Positions 26,598 through 40,108 of a DNA stretch of 64,000 nucleotides are shown piece after piece. This DNA comes from Phoronis australis. Lineage: Eukaryota > Animalia > Phoronida. Under the pieces are notes generated by a model. It ran no database searches. It saw nothing but the letters and a program-made list of their open reading frames with translations, and was not told the DNA's origin. Position 1 is the first letter of the stretch. Each line of letters opens with the position of its first letter. The stretch is taken from contig NMRA01000167.1 in NCBI GenBank assembly GCA_002633005.1, forward strand, positions 260,284 through 324,283, given 5' to 3'. Position numbers and translations under genes: made by a program.

Positions 26598-28085
26598 AGA
26601 CATGAACCCTGACTTTTAATTCACTTTTCAGTGTCTGAAGTATTATCGTAGCGGCATTTCCATGTAAGCCTTATTGCCCATTGACTCCATAGTGATGTTG
26701 GCCTCCAGTCCTTAGTAATGGATCCTCGTTCTTGTGTACCAGAACATATGTACCTACACCATCTACCAGGCATCGAATGAATGACTACTATATTGATTCT
26801 AGCAGGGCTGACAACCCTTCCTCTAGACTATAGCTTGAGGTTGCGGAAGGGAAGTGTCAAGTAGCCTCAGCCTAATTAGGGGAACACGAGCTTCTGAGAT
26901 AGGTATGTAAACGGACTTTACCCTCTATGTGGAAATTGTGGGTTTCCTGACTATCTCTCATACAGTTCTCGGTATCAAATGTTTGTTGCTTCCGGCTGGC
27001 CTATTAGAATTACTAGTGATGTGTGGGTTGTGAGAGTAACTTGCCAAACTATTTGAGATGGGAAGAACAAATTGATGGCTGAATCACTTCATCCAATGCC
27101 GCAGACCTGTCCTCTATGCAAGCTATGTTCGGTATGGTTGTTTCAATTTGACACTTTTTATCAAATTCAATCAGTGACTATTGTTAATTGCCTTCATGTT
27201 AGTGACGTCATTGAAACACTTAGAGGTTTAGAATAATTTCCGTATCTGGTATAGTACACCTGCGGACATTGTTAGCTGCTCAGGAACTTAGGGCTGCCAG
27301 CAGTTTGGGAATTTTCCATATTCTAAATTTATCTCAGAAATAACCTTCATGTTGAAAAGCCATATTTTGCATGTGAAAACTTGTACACTTTCTAATATTT
27401 TCAGAAAGTTTAAATTTCAGTCATAAGATGTGATACATGATCCAGAAATAGCAATATTCAGTTTGGTACCATATTTAATAAAAAAGCAAAACAACATTTT
27501 TTACATTTTTGTCAGACCAATAATTGAACTGGGCAAATCCGGATATCTCGTAATTTCTTGGTCAATAGCTATGTTGTAGACGCCCTGGTTTTCAGTGCTG
27601 AAATACCTTGCCAACACGGTGAATTTCAGTAAAATTGTGCTCTAAATGTCTTGACACGACATCCAAAGCAGGTGATATCTCACGATGCAAAACCTAGTAA
27701 ATGCCTTTTTCATTGGTCCGTCTTTTAAAAACTAACTGACCAATCACGAAAAGAGAACCTTTTATGTGAATTACATTTCACACTGGTACTAAGGAGTCAA
27801 GATGTGTTTTATTGGACGGATCATGTGCTCTCGGCCATTTCTGCCATTTCTCATTGTTTTTGCATTCGATAATTTTAAAAATATTTTTTTAGTTTCTGCC
27901 AATGTTTTGAAGAATAATAAATGCCGAAGATATGTTTCCACAAACCTTATTGGTTGAACAGCCTTCCCTAGTGGCTCCATATTATTTCTTCGTGAATATA
28001 CACAACAAAGAGGATTCACGGTTGTTTCTCTAGATTACATCCGATCTTTACTTTACGACCACCAAAAATTATTCGCCATTCTCAA

Positions 28086-28563
28086 CAGGCCTTTATCCAG
28101 GATTTTGAAAATAGGGTGTCCAATATTCCAGGGCGTCCATGATTCCGACGCGTAACTCCCCACCCCCATCAATACCCCCAAACACACAGATTTTTTTACA
28201 AAAAATGCATAGATCAAGGTTTTTACATCTAAGTTTATAAAACAGCCTTCTATGGTGAGCATTTTTACTAAAAAAGCTTTGTAGACCAAGACTTTTACAA
28301 TGCTGTCAATCAAGTGTCAAAATAGCAACAATGCATATACTTTGTATATACATTGTGTATTTCTTCCTGCTTTGAAAAAAGAGCCCCCACTGTGAGCCTT
28401 CAGAGGCTTCCTAGTATTCATTACAATGTGTGAGTCCAAACTTGAAAGGTTCCTTATTGACAGTGGGCGTCCAAATGACACATTGGGCGTCCTTGCCAGG
28501 GCATCCAGATTAGTGCTGGGGCGTCCGTTTGGATGCCCAGGACGTACGCTGCATAAAGGCCTG
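28086..28563 (-). mobile_element. hAT-type MITE (478 bp)
   Basis: Perfect 11-bp TIR CAGGCCTTTAT/ATAAAGGCCTG and perfect 8-bp TSD ATTCTCAA. Confidence 0.93.
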
Positions 28564-29949
28564 ATTCTCAATTACTTTCCTCTCTAGAAAGTACGCCCAG
28601 TGAAAATTGGCACTCTGAGCCCAATCAGCTAGCGGAGGATTGCATTTCTTCCCTTATGCACAGTCGCACTAAAACATGACTCTTACGCGGCATTTGTTCC
28701 TTTGTTGATATGCATTTGTTCCTTTGTTGCATTTGTTGGCAGTATCAGCAGTGTGCAACATTTGGGATATCCGACATACGTCATCTGCATTTTTTAACTT
28801 TCATGTGTCTTAATAATTGTACGCTTGACCCCGTTTCTTAGATTAGCCATGTGCTTGTAAGCTCCGTTTTTTTTTCGTCGCCAGTCTATGATTTTGTGGT
28901 AATTTTTTTACCTTTCTTTGAGTACGAACACAAGTGGGGAGTACCCTGACCAACATTCTTCATTATACGAACACCACAAGGTTACCAACGCTGGTATTTG
29001 TAATCTGCAACCGGATGAAAATTATAATTATTTTTTTGTTGTCGTAATCTAGAGAGATTACCCTACTGCAAGTTATGGGAACAGCGGTTCTATAACTAGT
29101 GTTCCAAAATACTATCAAGAGCGGAGTACAATCATAAAATAACTGAATTGAAATGATTATGAAAAGTAGAATGTTGAATATTTGAGGAAAATGTTTCCAA
29201 ATTCTTAACTTCTGTGACAATGAAGTGGGGGTTTCTCACTCCAGCAGCTTGGCGTACTTCCCTGTTAAATCCACTTGTTCGTTAAGAAGTGAACTCGCCG
29301 TTTTAGTTCTTGGCAATGCTGTGATGTTACTGGAAAAGTGGTTACGACGATTTCCTTTTCGCAGACCTCTGATTTACTTTTCACGGATCCCTTCTGGTGG
29401 AATGTGGATTTAACGTATAGCCTGGAACCTAGCTGATAAGTGCTGTTCATCAGTTCAACAAGGAATTCAAATATAGGGCATCCAAAATGAGTTTCCCAGT
29501 TTCTCAGAGCGTCCATGATCAGTGGCATGGGGCTGTTTTTATGATCTGAATTGTGTTGTGGTTCTGCAATAACGTTGATGGCATCTTGCGTTATTTCTAG
29601 TTTGTCCTTGTTGGCCAGTAAAGTTTCCCAGAAATGCTGTTAACTACGTAAAATATACCTATGGGCGTCAGAACTAGGGTGTCTAAATTTGGGTCTATAG
29701 GCCCTTTCGTACTGACTTAACTCCGGTCTGACGTAAACAGCGCAGTTAACTGGACCGTTCATGCAGCCTACCAACATTTTTCTGAGATTATCTGTCCAAC
29801 TAAGTGATTGATTTGTTTCATTCAAATTGCTTTCTGAGAAATGTGATTGTAATTTCTCAGAAACATCAGGATTCAACGCTTAACATAACGTCCACTTGTT
29901 AAGTGCATCCAGGCGCAATTCACCTGTTTGCCATACTTTGTCCTACAAC

Positions 29950-30160
29950 CAGCATTTTTACCTTACAATTGGCATTTTTACCATACAATCAGCATTTTTA
30001 CCTTGAGTCAACATTTTTACCATACAGTCAGCGTTTTTACTGTATGAGCAGCATTTTTACCATATGATCAGCTTGTTTACCATAAAACAAGCTTTTTTAC
30101 CATACAATCAACGCTTTTACCTTACAATCTGCATTTTACCATACAATCAGCCATTCTACC
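29950..30160 (+). repeat. 20-bp minisatellite, about 10 units
   Basis: agcatttttaccatacaatc consensus. Confidence 0.9.
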
Positions 30161-30482
30161 GTGAGTTGACAATGCCAAGAACGAAGAACAGACCGGAGAG
30201 TAATGTACAAAAGTTAGTACCTGATAAGTTTGTTTAAGTAATGTGTGAAATTTTGTGACAAAAAATCTTGTTGCCATTCTGTCTGTAACAGGAAGAATTG
30301 CCCTTGATAACAACTAGAAGATACACCCTACTGTTGTTGCTACTTCTCTGTATAAGGCATAAACCTCTTGTATTGTATGCTTTGTGATTGATTTAATTAT
30401 GCAGTGCTCATTCAACCTGGTGTGCTCTAGGCTTGTAGTTTCTTGGAAATGTCTCGATGTAGGGAAATCATTACTTTTGCAG

Positions 30483-30572
30483 TCGCTGAGAACTAAGGAG
30501 GACTTGGATCATTTCCACCCATCAGAGGACCATGTTAGGAAGGAGCTATTGTCAAAGAAGTTCACAGTGCTG
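30483..30572 (+). CDS. PTPN9: PTPN9 exon 3
   Basis: 90 nt, AG/GT, SLRTKEDLDHFHPSEDHVRKELLSKKFTVL. Confidence 0.93.
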
Positions 30573-32008
30573 GTGAGTCACTATTTCACCACCCCATTGT
30601 TGACTTGTGACCCCAATATATTCACCTCTGTGCCCTAACATTAGAGCTTTGTGGCTACTGAGATATGTCCTGTGGAACAACTGGACTTGAATGTAAAGGG
30701 ATATAAACCAGTGGTTTGGACTGTGAACTATTAAGAATAATGTCAGGTCAGAGATAGGATCCTGTTTTTGTTGGCAGACTCCACGAGCTTTGCTTTGGGG
30801 AGTTTCCAGTGTGCATACTCCACATCAGACTGGCTGTAGTTAAACAAGTTTTGTTGTGTTTGTCTCCCTTGTGTGGAACTTTGTAAACAATGCCAGGAAT
30901 TTGACTGCTAGGAGATAAGTGGTTTCTTCAGCAGAACTTGTAAGGTTGGCACCCTTTCAGTGTTCCGATTCCAAAGCTTGCAAACCCCTGACATAATGGG
31001 CATTCACTTTTAACCAATAGTCATTTGTAAGCCGCCTATAACAAAGCCTCCATTTCACATTCAATATTTCCTAGAAGATTTTAAGTCGAACTCGCACACG
31101 TATTCCTCATTTGTGTGATATCTTGGTCAAATTAGTTGGAAACGCAACGCATGGCGACGATGTGAATGTGAAGTACGTTGAAAATTGCCAGATGATTTTA
31201 AGAACGAGTTTTGTGTTCAAAATGATCTGCCGTAAATCATTCATCCGTGTGTAGTATTGTGACATGGTGTTGGAGACAACAACACTGCATGATGCGGGCT
31301 ATGTGAGCCCCCAATTTATGTCATCAGTGCAAAGGTCACCTATTTGCATATTTTTTGTTTTCACATTTACAAGTTGTCAATGAATACAACTGCACTTTGT
31401 TTAGCGTAGATGATGTTCAAATAGCATTGTCATTTAGTTCCTGCTGTATATTAGCATAGTTAGGAGGATGCAAATTAATTAATAAACAACATTCTAATGT
31501 AGCGGTAAGGACCAGGATATTGACGATTCTCGACGGAACACGCTGATTGAGTTATGTCCCATTTGCCAGCATGATTGGCTATTTTGTGTCCACAAAAATT
31601 CGCTGGTTTCGACACTGGGCTCTCTACTACTTCTGGCTATTACACTGGGACACATTTATTTTATTGTTATGTGTGAGAACTTGTTGGCTTCTCGACAAGT
31701 ATTTTCATTTTTCCAAAAACTAAAAACTATATTTTACACAGACAGCCAGTCTATATTTTCTGAAAGTAGAAAGCTTGTAGATTTTTTTGGCTTCAGTACA
31801 TGAATAGCCATAGTGTTATATGGAGAAAAAAGCAGCAGCAGAAGGTGGTCGTGTGTAGCTAAAGTAAAACTTGCATGATTTGAACCTACGTCAGTCAGGA
31901 CTTTCATCTAACTTGGACAAAGTTCAGCAGTGCAGGTATTGCACTCCTACCTTCAGAGTCAGACACAGCAGATTTCACTGAACTTGGAGGAAGTCTCAGT
32001 CTGGTTAG

Positions 32009-32010
<2 letters not shown>

Positions 32011-32050
<40 letters not shown>

Positions 32051-32123
32051 CCTCCCTCCCTCCATCCGTCCCTCCCTCCTCCCTCCCTCCCTNTCTGTCT
32101 CTGTCCATCCCTCCCTCTCTCTC
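32011..32123 (+). repeat. (CT)n/(CCCT)n polypyrimidine tract containing an N at 32093
   Basis: Seen directly. Confidence 0.95.
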
Positions 32124-32141
32124 GTTGTTAATTTCTACCAG

Positions 32142-32195
32142 CCACAGCGTGATCTGAACGGTGCTGGCATCGCCCTGTTCACAGCCAGACTTCAC
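32142..32195 (+). other. Diverged duplicate of the 5' end of PTPN9 exon 4 with its own acceptor
   Basis: ttctaccag|CCACAGCGTGATCTGAACGGTGCTGGCATCGCCCTGTTCACAGCCAGACTTCAC versus the true exon 89 nt downstream. Confidence 0.9.
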
Positions 32196-32230
32196 AACCT
32201 CTCTATCAATGACATTGTTACTGCTTCCAG

Positions 32231-32355
32231 CCACAGCGTGATGTGAACGGTGCTGCCATCGCCCTGTTCACAGCCAAACTTCACTACCCATTGACCACCA
32301 ACCACAGAAGTACACTGCAGGGGCTGCTGTTCCAACTGGACACTGCTCTGCAAAG
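32231..32355 (+). CDS. PTPN9: PTPN9 exon 4 (Sec14)
   Basis: 125 nt, PQRDVNGAAIALFTAKLHYP...LQGLLFQLDTALQ. Phase 2 end. Confidence 0.93.
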
Positions 32356-34116
32356 GTCAGTAATATCTACTCCTACACTGGATAGTATTTATTGATTAGT
32401 CTCTTGAGGCCACTTTAAACAGAGAGTAAGCCTTGACTGCAAATGACCTCAGGTCATAGCTCTCACTTGTGAAGAAATGGACCCAGATGAGTTTTCCTCA
32501 CGAGGTGGTGAAGCGAATCTTGAATAGAGTCTTCTCAGTCTTGTTTGTAGATCCAGTGAAGTAAACGTCACGTGGTGTATAAAAACTAAATTAAGTTTAA
32601 ATTATTCTTTCTCATATCGCATCAGTTGGCCGATTTATGACCGCACATCCATCTAGTGCTGTAGTCTGATTACGTCCAATTCGTGTGCTGACCTCAGTGT
32701 AATTTATGGCAGAACTGTAGATGGAAAACAGTAAAAATTTATCAAACATTTGCGCTGAAATTTTGCTGGTTTTTACAAGAAAAAGTTGTTTTGATACTTT
32801 TGAAATACTAAGTGTACTACGTGGTAGAGGTGACCTTCTTCACAATTCAGCGTTCGTCCCTTTGGGGGTACGACTCCAGAATTCTGATTGGCTCGTTTAA
32901 GGATCAGCGTGGGAGATTATCAATATGCTCTTAATTGTGTTGTAGTATATCCACCCATTGTCAAGCCCTCACTACCTGATTGACTATTTATAACTATTGA
33001 AGGCATTGTATGGGTTTTTTCACTTCACTTTATTTATGTTTTTGAGTTCCCAGTAGGTTTTATTGGGGTGTATAAAAAAGGTAGCCTGTTAATGTAGTGT
33101 GTCATTATATTGCTCTGCGTCTTTGTTCAATTTTGCCGTTCACCTCAGCTTACTTGGCAGAAATTGTTCCGCAGTTACTTGAATAGGAGACAACGTCGAG
33201 ATAGAGCCTTTATGTTAAAGTTTACTGGCCCAGCTGCAAATCGACTGGCCCCGGGCCACCGTGCCAGCATTTATTTCGAATGCTGGTTGTGGCAGTATTG
33301 ATCGACTGTTCTGTCTGGTTCTAGGAAATCCGGTTCAAGGAAAAACCATTGAAGTGTACAGATCTTGTTAGCCATGGATAGGAATCTCTAAACACTTTCT
33401 GAGAACAGTTATCGCAATTAATATTTACAAATGAAATTCATTGACTGATAAAGTCATTAAGTATGCGAAATATAATGACAGCAAATTCCAATGAGCAAAA
33501 ATTACTGGTATTGACTCATGATTGCGGTAAAATATTAGTTGACAAAAAAGCGTTATTTTTCACCTCGCTGCCTTTCCAGTAAATTTGTTGCATTTCCTGA
33601 CAGTGACTGACAGCTGCAAGTTGACACTGAATCCTGTTATCATAGAATAGTCAATTCCCAGAACTCTACAATGCCCTCTTTATTTCCGCGTTATTCGCCC
33701 ACAGTGTAAAATACTTGCTTATAGTTGTGCAGTGTAACCGTGCTTACCACAATTTTATGTGCCTACATACATATGGGGGTGCATATTGCTGTCATCTCTA
33801 TCTGAGCCCCCTGGCTTCCAGCTGCAGTGTCTACTTGGCAGAGGTGCACCCATAGAGCTGGCGACGAATTACAGCGACTTTCACACAGATTTGACCACTA
33901 TAGCACTTCTTCGTGGCGTCTTGTCTGTTTGTTGTATCTTTGGAGTCATTTGATAGTTTTCTATTAAGGAGATGTCACTTTCACATTTTCAGATGGATTT
34001 GACATATTCTAGAATACCTAGTGGATTATATTTTAATTTATAAATGGTTTGTGACCTTTGGAGTTTTGGTTTTGTTTCGAATTCTTTTGTGTCAGACTAC
34101 GCATTTTTTCTTGCAG

Positions 34117-34222
34117 CTTTGAAACGCAGCGCAATGGCCTGGTATTTATTTACGACATGACAGGATCAAAGTACAAGAATTTTGACTATGAACTTAGTGC
34201 AAAAATACTAAATATGCTGAAG
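34117..34222 (+). CDS. PTPN9: PTPN9 exon 5 (Sec14)
   Basis: 106 nt, FETQRNGLVFIYDMTGSKYKNFDYELSAKILNMLK. Confidence 0.96.
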
Positions 34223-34308
34223 GTAGGTTAAATAAATTTGCTCAGTGTTTTTCTTGATTCATTTTGACAACGGTGTTCATGGTTACTAAGAGTAACTGGA
34301 GCCACCTA

Positions 34309-34591
34309 CATGGGCGCACCCGGGGGGGGGGCTCGTGGGGGCTCGAATGAGCCCCCCCAATTTGGTGAATTGGGCAAAAAGTTCAGCCTCAGTGAAACAA
34401 AAAGTACGAGTAAATGAGACAAGAGTCCACAAAATCCCACGGGAAGTCTGCGCGGATGCACGATTCGTGGGCCTGAACCTAGTGGCCCGTTTTTTTTTTG
34501 TTTTTTTAGCCATGTTGATTTCTTTTAATAAAAGGTCCGCACACTGAAAAATTCGAGCCCCCCCCCAGGCTTTAAGCTGGGTGCCCGCAGG
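34309..34591 (+). mobile_element. GC-rich-ended MITE (relative at 50442-50588)
   Basis: CATGGGCGCACCC ... GGGTGCCCGCAGG imperfect TIR with GGGGGCTCG/GAGCCCCC subterminal motifs. Confidence 0.65.
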
Positions 34592-35620
34592 ACTTAGTGG
34601 TGTGGAAATGACCCATGAGCACATAGTTTATGCCTGGAAATGACATGAAATGATCTCACTTCTCGTCAAAGCAACTAGATGACGCCTGCTCCATATTCAA
34701 GATTCCCGCCACTCCCTGATAGATGACTATTTTAAGCGACTGTAAACCAAAAAATCGACTTGATATATCCACTTATTATGTCTTTAAAAGTTTTCAAAGC
34801 TTGTTCCTTAGCCATACAAGGAACAATATCTGGGCTATAGAAGACATAGTGGTTTGGTCGGATATGATTTTGGGAACCAGTTTTCTGCACTGAATAATGG
34901 ACATGAAACTGGTTCTCAAACTATGGGAACGTTGTATCTGACTATTGCTGTTTGGTAGTGCTCGGCACATAAAATGACTCACCACGACACGTCAAATTAT
35001 CAAGCACGATCTCTGACATTAATGATAGCAATTAGCACTTACAGAAGTTGTAGATTTTGGGAACGAATTTGATGAGTGGTTTATTCCAAGGCGAAAATGG
35101 GTTCTCAAAATGTAGGACCCATGCGAGTGGCTGTGAACAGTCAGTTGTTTTCAAGGAATCTTGTCCAGTTTGAAGAAGGAACGAGTTCAGATCAGGATCC
35201 TGTTGCATAAAGTTGAAATGCTATTGAACAATGTACGCGACATCATACAACAGTGAAAATATCCTGTGGATAAGTTTCAAAGTTGTGTGCATCTCTGCCC
35301 AGATTTATATACGAAGTGCTCTTTGTCTAAAAATATTTTATGACTGCGCGTTAACTTTGAAAAGGTCTTAAATGCCATTTGAAACACTTTTAAAACAATT
35401 GAGAATGTTATTGCCGTTCGGCCTGTAAAAAAGTTTTGTTGTGTCAAGTTTCTAATACTGTTGGTAAGAGAAATCCCTAACAAATTTTTGGCTTAAGTCA
35501 AAAAGTTGAAGTAAACGCAGGGAATGATACTCAAAGTTGGATACGCTGTTGAAAAGGTCTGGGCTATTAAAAAACAGCAGCTATAACCGCAAACCCTTCT
35601 GTTATTTAACGTTGTTCCAG

Positions 35621-35731
35621 GGTAGCTACCCGGCCCGTCTGAAGAAAGTTCTCATTGTTACTGCCCCCTTGTGGTTCAAGGCTCCATTCAAGATACTGAG
35701 GTTCTTTGTTAAGGACAAACTTAGAGACCGC
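35621..35731 (+). CDS. PTPN9: PTPN9 exon 6 (Sec14)
   Basis: 111 nt, GSYPARLKKVLIVTAPLWFKAPFKILRFFVKDKLRDR. Confidence 0.97.
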
Positions 35732-37787
35732 GTAAGTAGACACTAGATTAATAACGTCATCCCAAAACAGGCTTCTCTAGGGTGTGAGGTAAGATAATAG
35801 ACATCGTGCTTCTGACATCCAGTTGGCACTTCTCAGGCCGTGTTTCTGACGTCCAGTTATTACTTTCTCAGATTAGAGCCAATTCATGGCTTGGGGAGTG
35901 ATTACAGTTTGTTATCACTTACAACCAGGCTGATTAAACGGACTAATCAGCGAGAAAGGAGATTTTCCAAGATCAGTCTCGGGCTGAAATTGAAACTGCA
36001 ATGCCCGCAATCACAGTGCACCACTCTGCTGCTGGAGCTAAGCCTTAATCCATCAACGGTATTCGTCTGGTAGAGTCACTGGCCTTGATTTCATCAAATG
36101 TCTATCGGACTATAGCTAGAATAGTCAATTTGCAATTACTTATAAGTATAAACAGGGGATTTCGTTGTTTTGTAGCCCTGGCCAAAGCCAACAACTTTAA
36201 AAAGTCTATCCCACCGAACAGTTATCTTAAGCACGTATTTCTTGGCCGCAAAACTCATTATGTCTATTCAAGTTGCTTGAAGCAGTATCATGGTCATACG
36301 GTAATTGGAGACAATTTATTGAACCCTATTCAAACGGACAATTGCAATACGGTGATGCTGCTTTTGAAGAGCGAACATGCCTTTGAGGAGAATATTGTTT
36401 TTTACACCTGAACAGAATTTATAGCACCTTTCCGTGCAGTATAAAGCAAAGGTAAGTTCTGTATTCAGCACTCCCGCTCTTCTCAGATGTGAGGTGAGAT
36501 TATATCGATTGTGCTACGGTGGCGCTGTGCGCACGGCGGGCTTCGCCGTCGTTTGTCATTCAGAATGTCAGGAATCGGTGAAATGTGACATCCCTCATCC
36601 ATGGATATTTACACATCTTATCCCACTTTCTTGATTTGGCATTGCAGCCCAGGGTGCAACAGGAATACTTTCCCAGCATGACTTAAATATAATCTTAGTA
36701 TTCAGACGACAAATGCTAAAATACAGCAGCGAAAGCTATACTGCTACTGACCTGCCTGCCGTATCTGGAGGTGTGCCGCTATTTCATACCTCCCGGCATG
36801 GGAGAGCAATCAATACAGAAGGCAAGAGTTGGACCAAGTAGAGTTTTCCCTGTCATGGCAGCTAAGCGTAATTCCATGAACGACAAAAGTGACTGGTAGT
36901 AACTAGTAGGGCAACAAAATTCTAATGACAAAATGGCTTAGCCATCTACTCTGACGATGAACTCGGCCTCCGTCCAGCTGCCATGACGTGGAATTCTGAG
37001 TCATTTTGTCTGCATACTTTCAGCTTGTATTCAGATGTATTCAGTGTTGCAAGTGAATCCCATCTTAGTATTACTGCTGCCGTGAGTTGGAATGACGGCA
37101 GATAGAAGTTGGATAAATGTGATGACCTTTATTTGCAGACTTGAGCTTGAACTAATATCTGTTCTGTTTTGGTATTGTGAACTATGGATAATGGTCTTTG
37201 GTTCTTACGTAATTGTTTGGATACTATATGGAACGGAATCCAAGTTTGCACTTTACGTTTGGTGGATTAAAGTAGATGCAAATTTGCGTTGACTCGGACT
37301 TGTAGCTTTAGTGTTCAAGTCATCAATTGGGATCATTTATGCCTATACTTTACCTATATCATGTGTTTAAGTGCAAAATCAGTTACACTGATCCTGACTT
37401 TGTAATGGTAAAGAAAATGTGAGGAATAGAGTTCAGTGATGAGATTTCTGGCCCTGGCTCTATTTTGTGAAGTTGACTTTGGACTTGAGACAGAATTTTT
37501 TTCTTATGCTCCACACAAATATTTCAGGAAAATAATCTCACATGCAAAATTACAAAATGTCTGAGAATATATGCTTAACTGCCAGTTACTAACTGAGAAT
37601 TACTTCTAGACTGTGATGCCCTTGTAATTCGCTTGGCTAAACCTTTTGCAGCAATTGTGAAGGGGAAGACCTAATTTCTAAAGTCACTTATATATGAAAC
37701 AGGCCCCTGGACTTCTGGAAACTCGAGTTTGAGTTGGAGGACTATGTTTGTTTGACTCATTGTGTAACTGTCGCTGGTATTCTTCAG

Positions 37788-38407
37788 GTGTATACGGTCA
37801 ACCTTGGTGAACTGCAAGCACACATTTCCAAGGAGAACAGTCCTGTTCACCTGGGAGGAACGGTAGAGCTGGATCACAACAGCTGGCTCAAGCACTGTCT
37901 CGAGGTGCACGGCATAAACTCTCAGCAGGAGGTCGAGGCCTTTTTCAAACCTCTACACAAGGTGTACTCACGAGGGGACGTCAGTTCAAATAAGCGAATC
38001 ATGAATGGTGAAGTGACCGACGGTGAACCACCGAATACAGAAGAAAAACATGTTATGGAGGCGAGGGAGAAGTCAGAGACGATTCAGGAGCGAGAAAAGG
38101 AGGTGGAGGTTAGCAAAGAGAAACGTAGTCACCCCCCACCGGAGTTGGCCGACTTTTCACCACCAGCACAGAGGAAACGCGTGTCAGTGAGTGAGAGTAG
38201 TGTTGACGCAGCCCCGCCCCCGTTGCCGGACAAGAAGTACAGTCCATCTGCAGCTGTAGACGAGGACTCCATTCACATGCCAGAACTCAGCGGCTTCGCT
38301 ATTGAAGAGTTTGCAGAGCAGGTCCGACAGAAAGGCAAGCAAGGCTTGTATAAAGAGTACGCGTTAATTAGGATGGAGCCTCCCAGCGGTTCGTTCATTT
38401 GTTCCAA
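37788..38407 (+). CDS. PTPN9: PTPN9 exon 7 (end of Sec14, long linker, start of PTP)
   Basis: 620 nt open frame VYTVNLGEL...PVHLGGT...GKQGLYKEYALIRMEPPSGSF. Phase 2 end. Confidence 0.95.
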
Positions 38408-39947
38408 GTAAGCATGGCTTTGGTTTCATTGTGTGAAGCTTAATAAACATTTTGTTTGTGCACCTGCTGAATTGTCACTCGCCAAGGTGTACTTGAAAGC
38501 ACAGTATGCGAAAAGGTGTGGCAATCAGCAGAGTATTTTTAACACCCACATTTCAGTCGGTATTCCCCAGGTCAGAACTGATATTGAATCAGTTTTTCCT
38601 GGCACGGGAGACATTAATATGTGCGTGACAAATCAGGTAACTTGGAAACTGAATTTGCATAGAAAAAACATAGTGAGCTTGTTCGTGGATGTAGTCACTA
38701 CAGACCCAGCTGCACGTTTTATTGAAGGTCATAAGTCTGATCTTGGTTAAGATGGTAGTAAATTTAGTTTTAATTTACACGTAATACATTCACCTGGATC
38801 ACTGAGGCAGTCATTGTGTCTGAATATTAGAAATAACCAACCTAATGTCAGTTGCAATGTTTGGCTGGTGTTGAAACAATCCCGAGTCATGTTCGCAGTA
38901 ATGCGCATTCAACCGTCTCGGCCGCGACTGGTTGTATGCCCTCTGATAAAACAGACCCCTGGTTACTGTACCTGTTTATGAAACATTCTTTATATTACTC
39001 TTGAACATTGTCAGAGCATAAAAGTATCTTTTGCCGGCATTTTGAGGTGGATTTTTTGTGTGTGTATTTCAATATCCCTCATCGGCAATTTGACGACAGT
39101 GATTACCTCAAAAAAATTGATAGAAATGCTGTACTCAATAAAATGCCCATCAACTACTATGTCACTGTTTATTGCCAAGATGTATCTCATGACGTGGGTG
39201 CTGTTTTGGAAAATGACTGTATCCTGTCGTGATGACAGCCCAGGTGAAATTAATCGTCACAACGGGTGAATGTTAGTGGAATTCACCAATAGTCCCTGGA
39301 ATGATGAGTTCTGGTGGTCAGTAACCATTGAGAGGTGAAGTGCAATTTTGTGCAAATATCTTTGGCTTGCCCTGTTTATCCAAGTGTCGCCTGACGATTT
39401 CATTGAAGTGTAGTTATCTCCTGTGAAATTTAAGATTCACTTGTTCGGAATGAGCAAGTGAATAGGTATGTTGTCAAAATGCAGTCTTCAAAGAGTTGAG
39501 ATGACTCCTTTTGATGTTAAATACAGTGCACACCAAAAGCATTCTGACAAAATGACCCAGAATTCCTCGTCATGACGGCAGGGCAGAAGCTGAATTCTTC
39601 GTCAGAGTTGTCTCCCCTGATGAGTAAGAATGAAGGGGAATTAACAGGAATGTTGGTAGGATGGCTAAGCCACTCTGTAATTGGAATTTTGTCGTCCCTA
39701 CAGTTGTTACTGGTAGTTTTTGCTATTAACAGAATTAGCTGTCGCGACAGGAAGATAGTATTTTGTCTGATTACATTGTCTTGTACGGCAGTCAGCTGCA
39801 GTGATCTGTAATGAGAACAGCCCTCTGAATGCGCGACATTTTGGGAGGAAATACAGCAAAATCATAATGGTTATGCAGTATTTCAGGACGTGCTCATTAC
39901 AATGCAGTGAACAGCTGATTAACACACAGTCAATATCCATGTTTCAG

Positions 39948-40108
39948 GGCTAAGTGTAACCTGCCAAAGAACCGTTACACAGACGTGTTGTGTCTCGACC
40001 ATTCCCGTGTCAAGCTAAGCTACCAGAGTCATGACCCGACCACGGACTACATAAATGCCAACTTTGTGGATGGTTACAAACACAAGAACGCCTTCATCTC
40101 CACTCAGG
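39948..40108 (+). CDS. PTPN9: PTPN9 exon 8 (PTP domain)
   Basis: 161 nt, with KNRYTDVLCLDHSRVKL and DYINANFVDGYKHKNAFISTQG. Confidence 0.97.
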
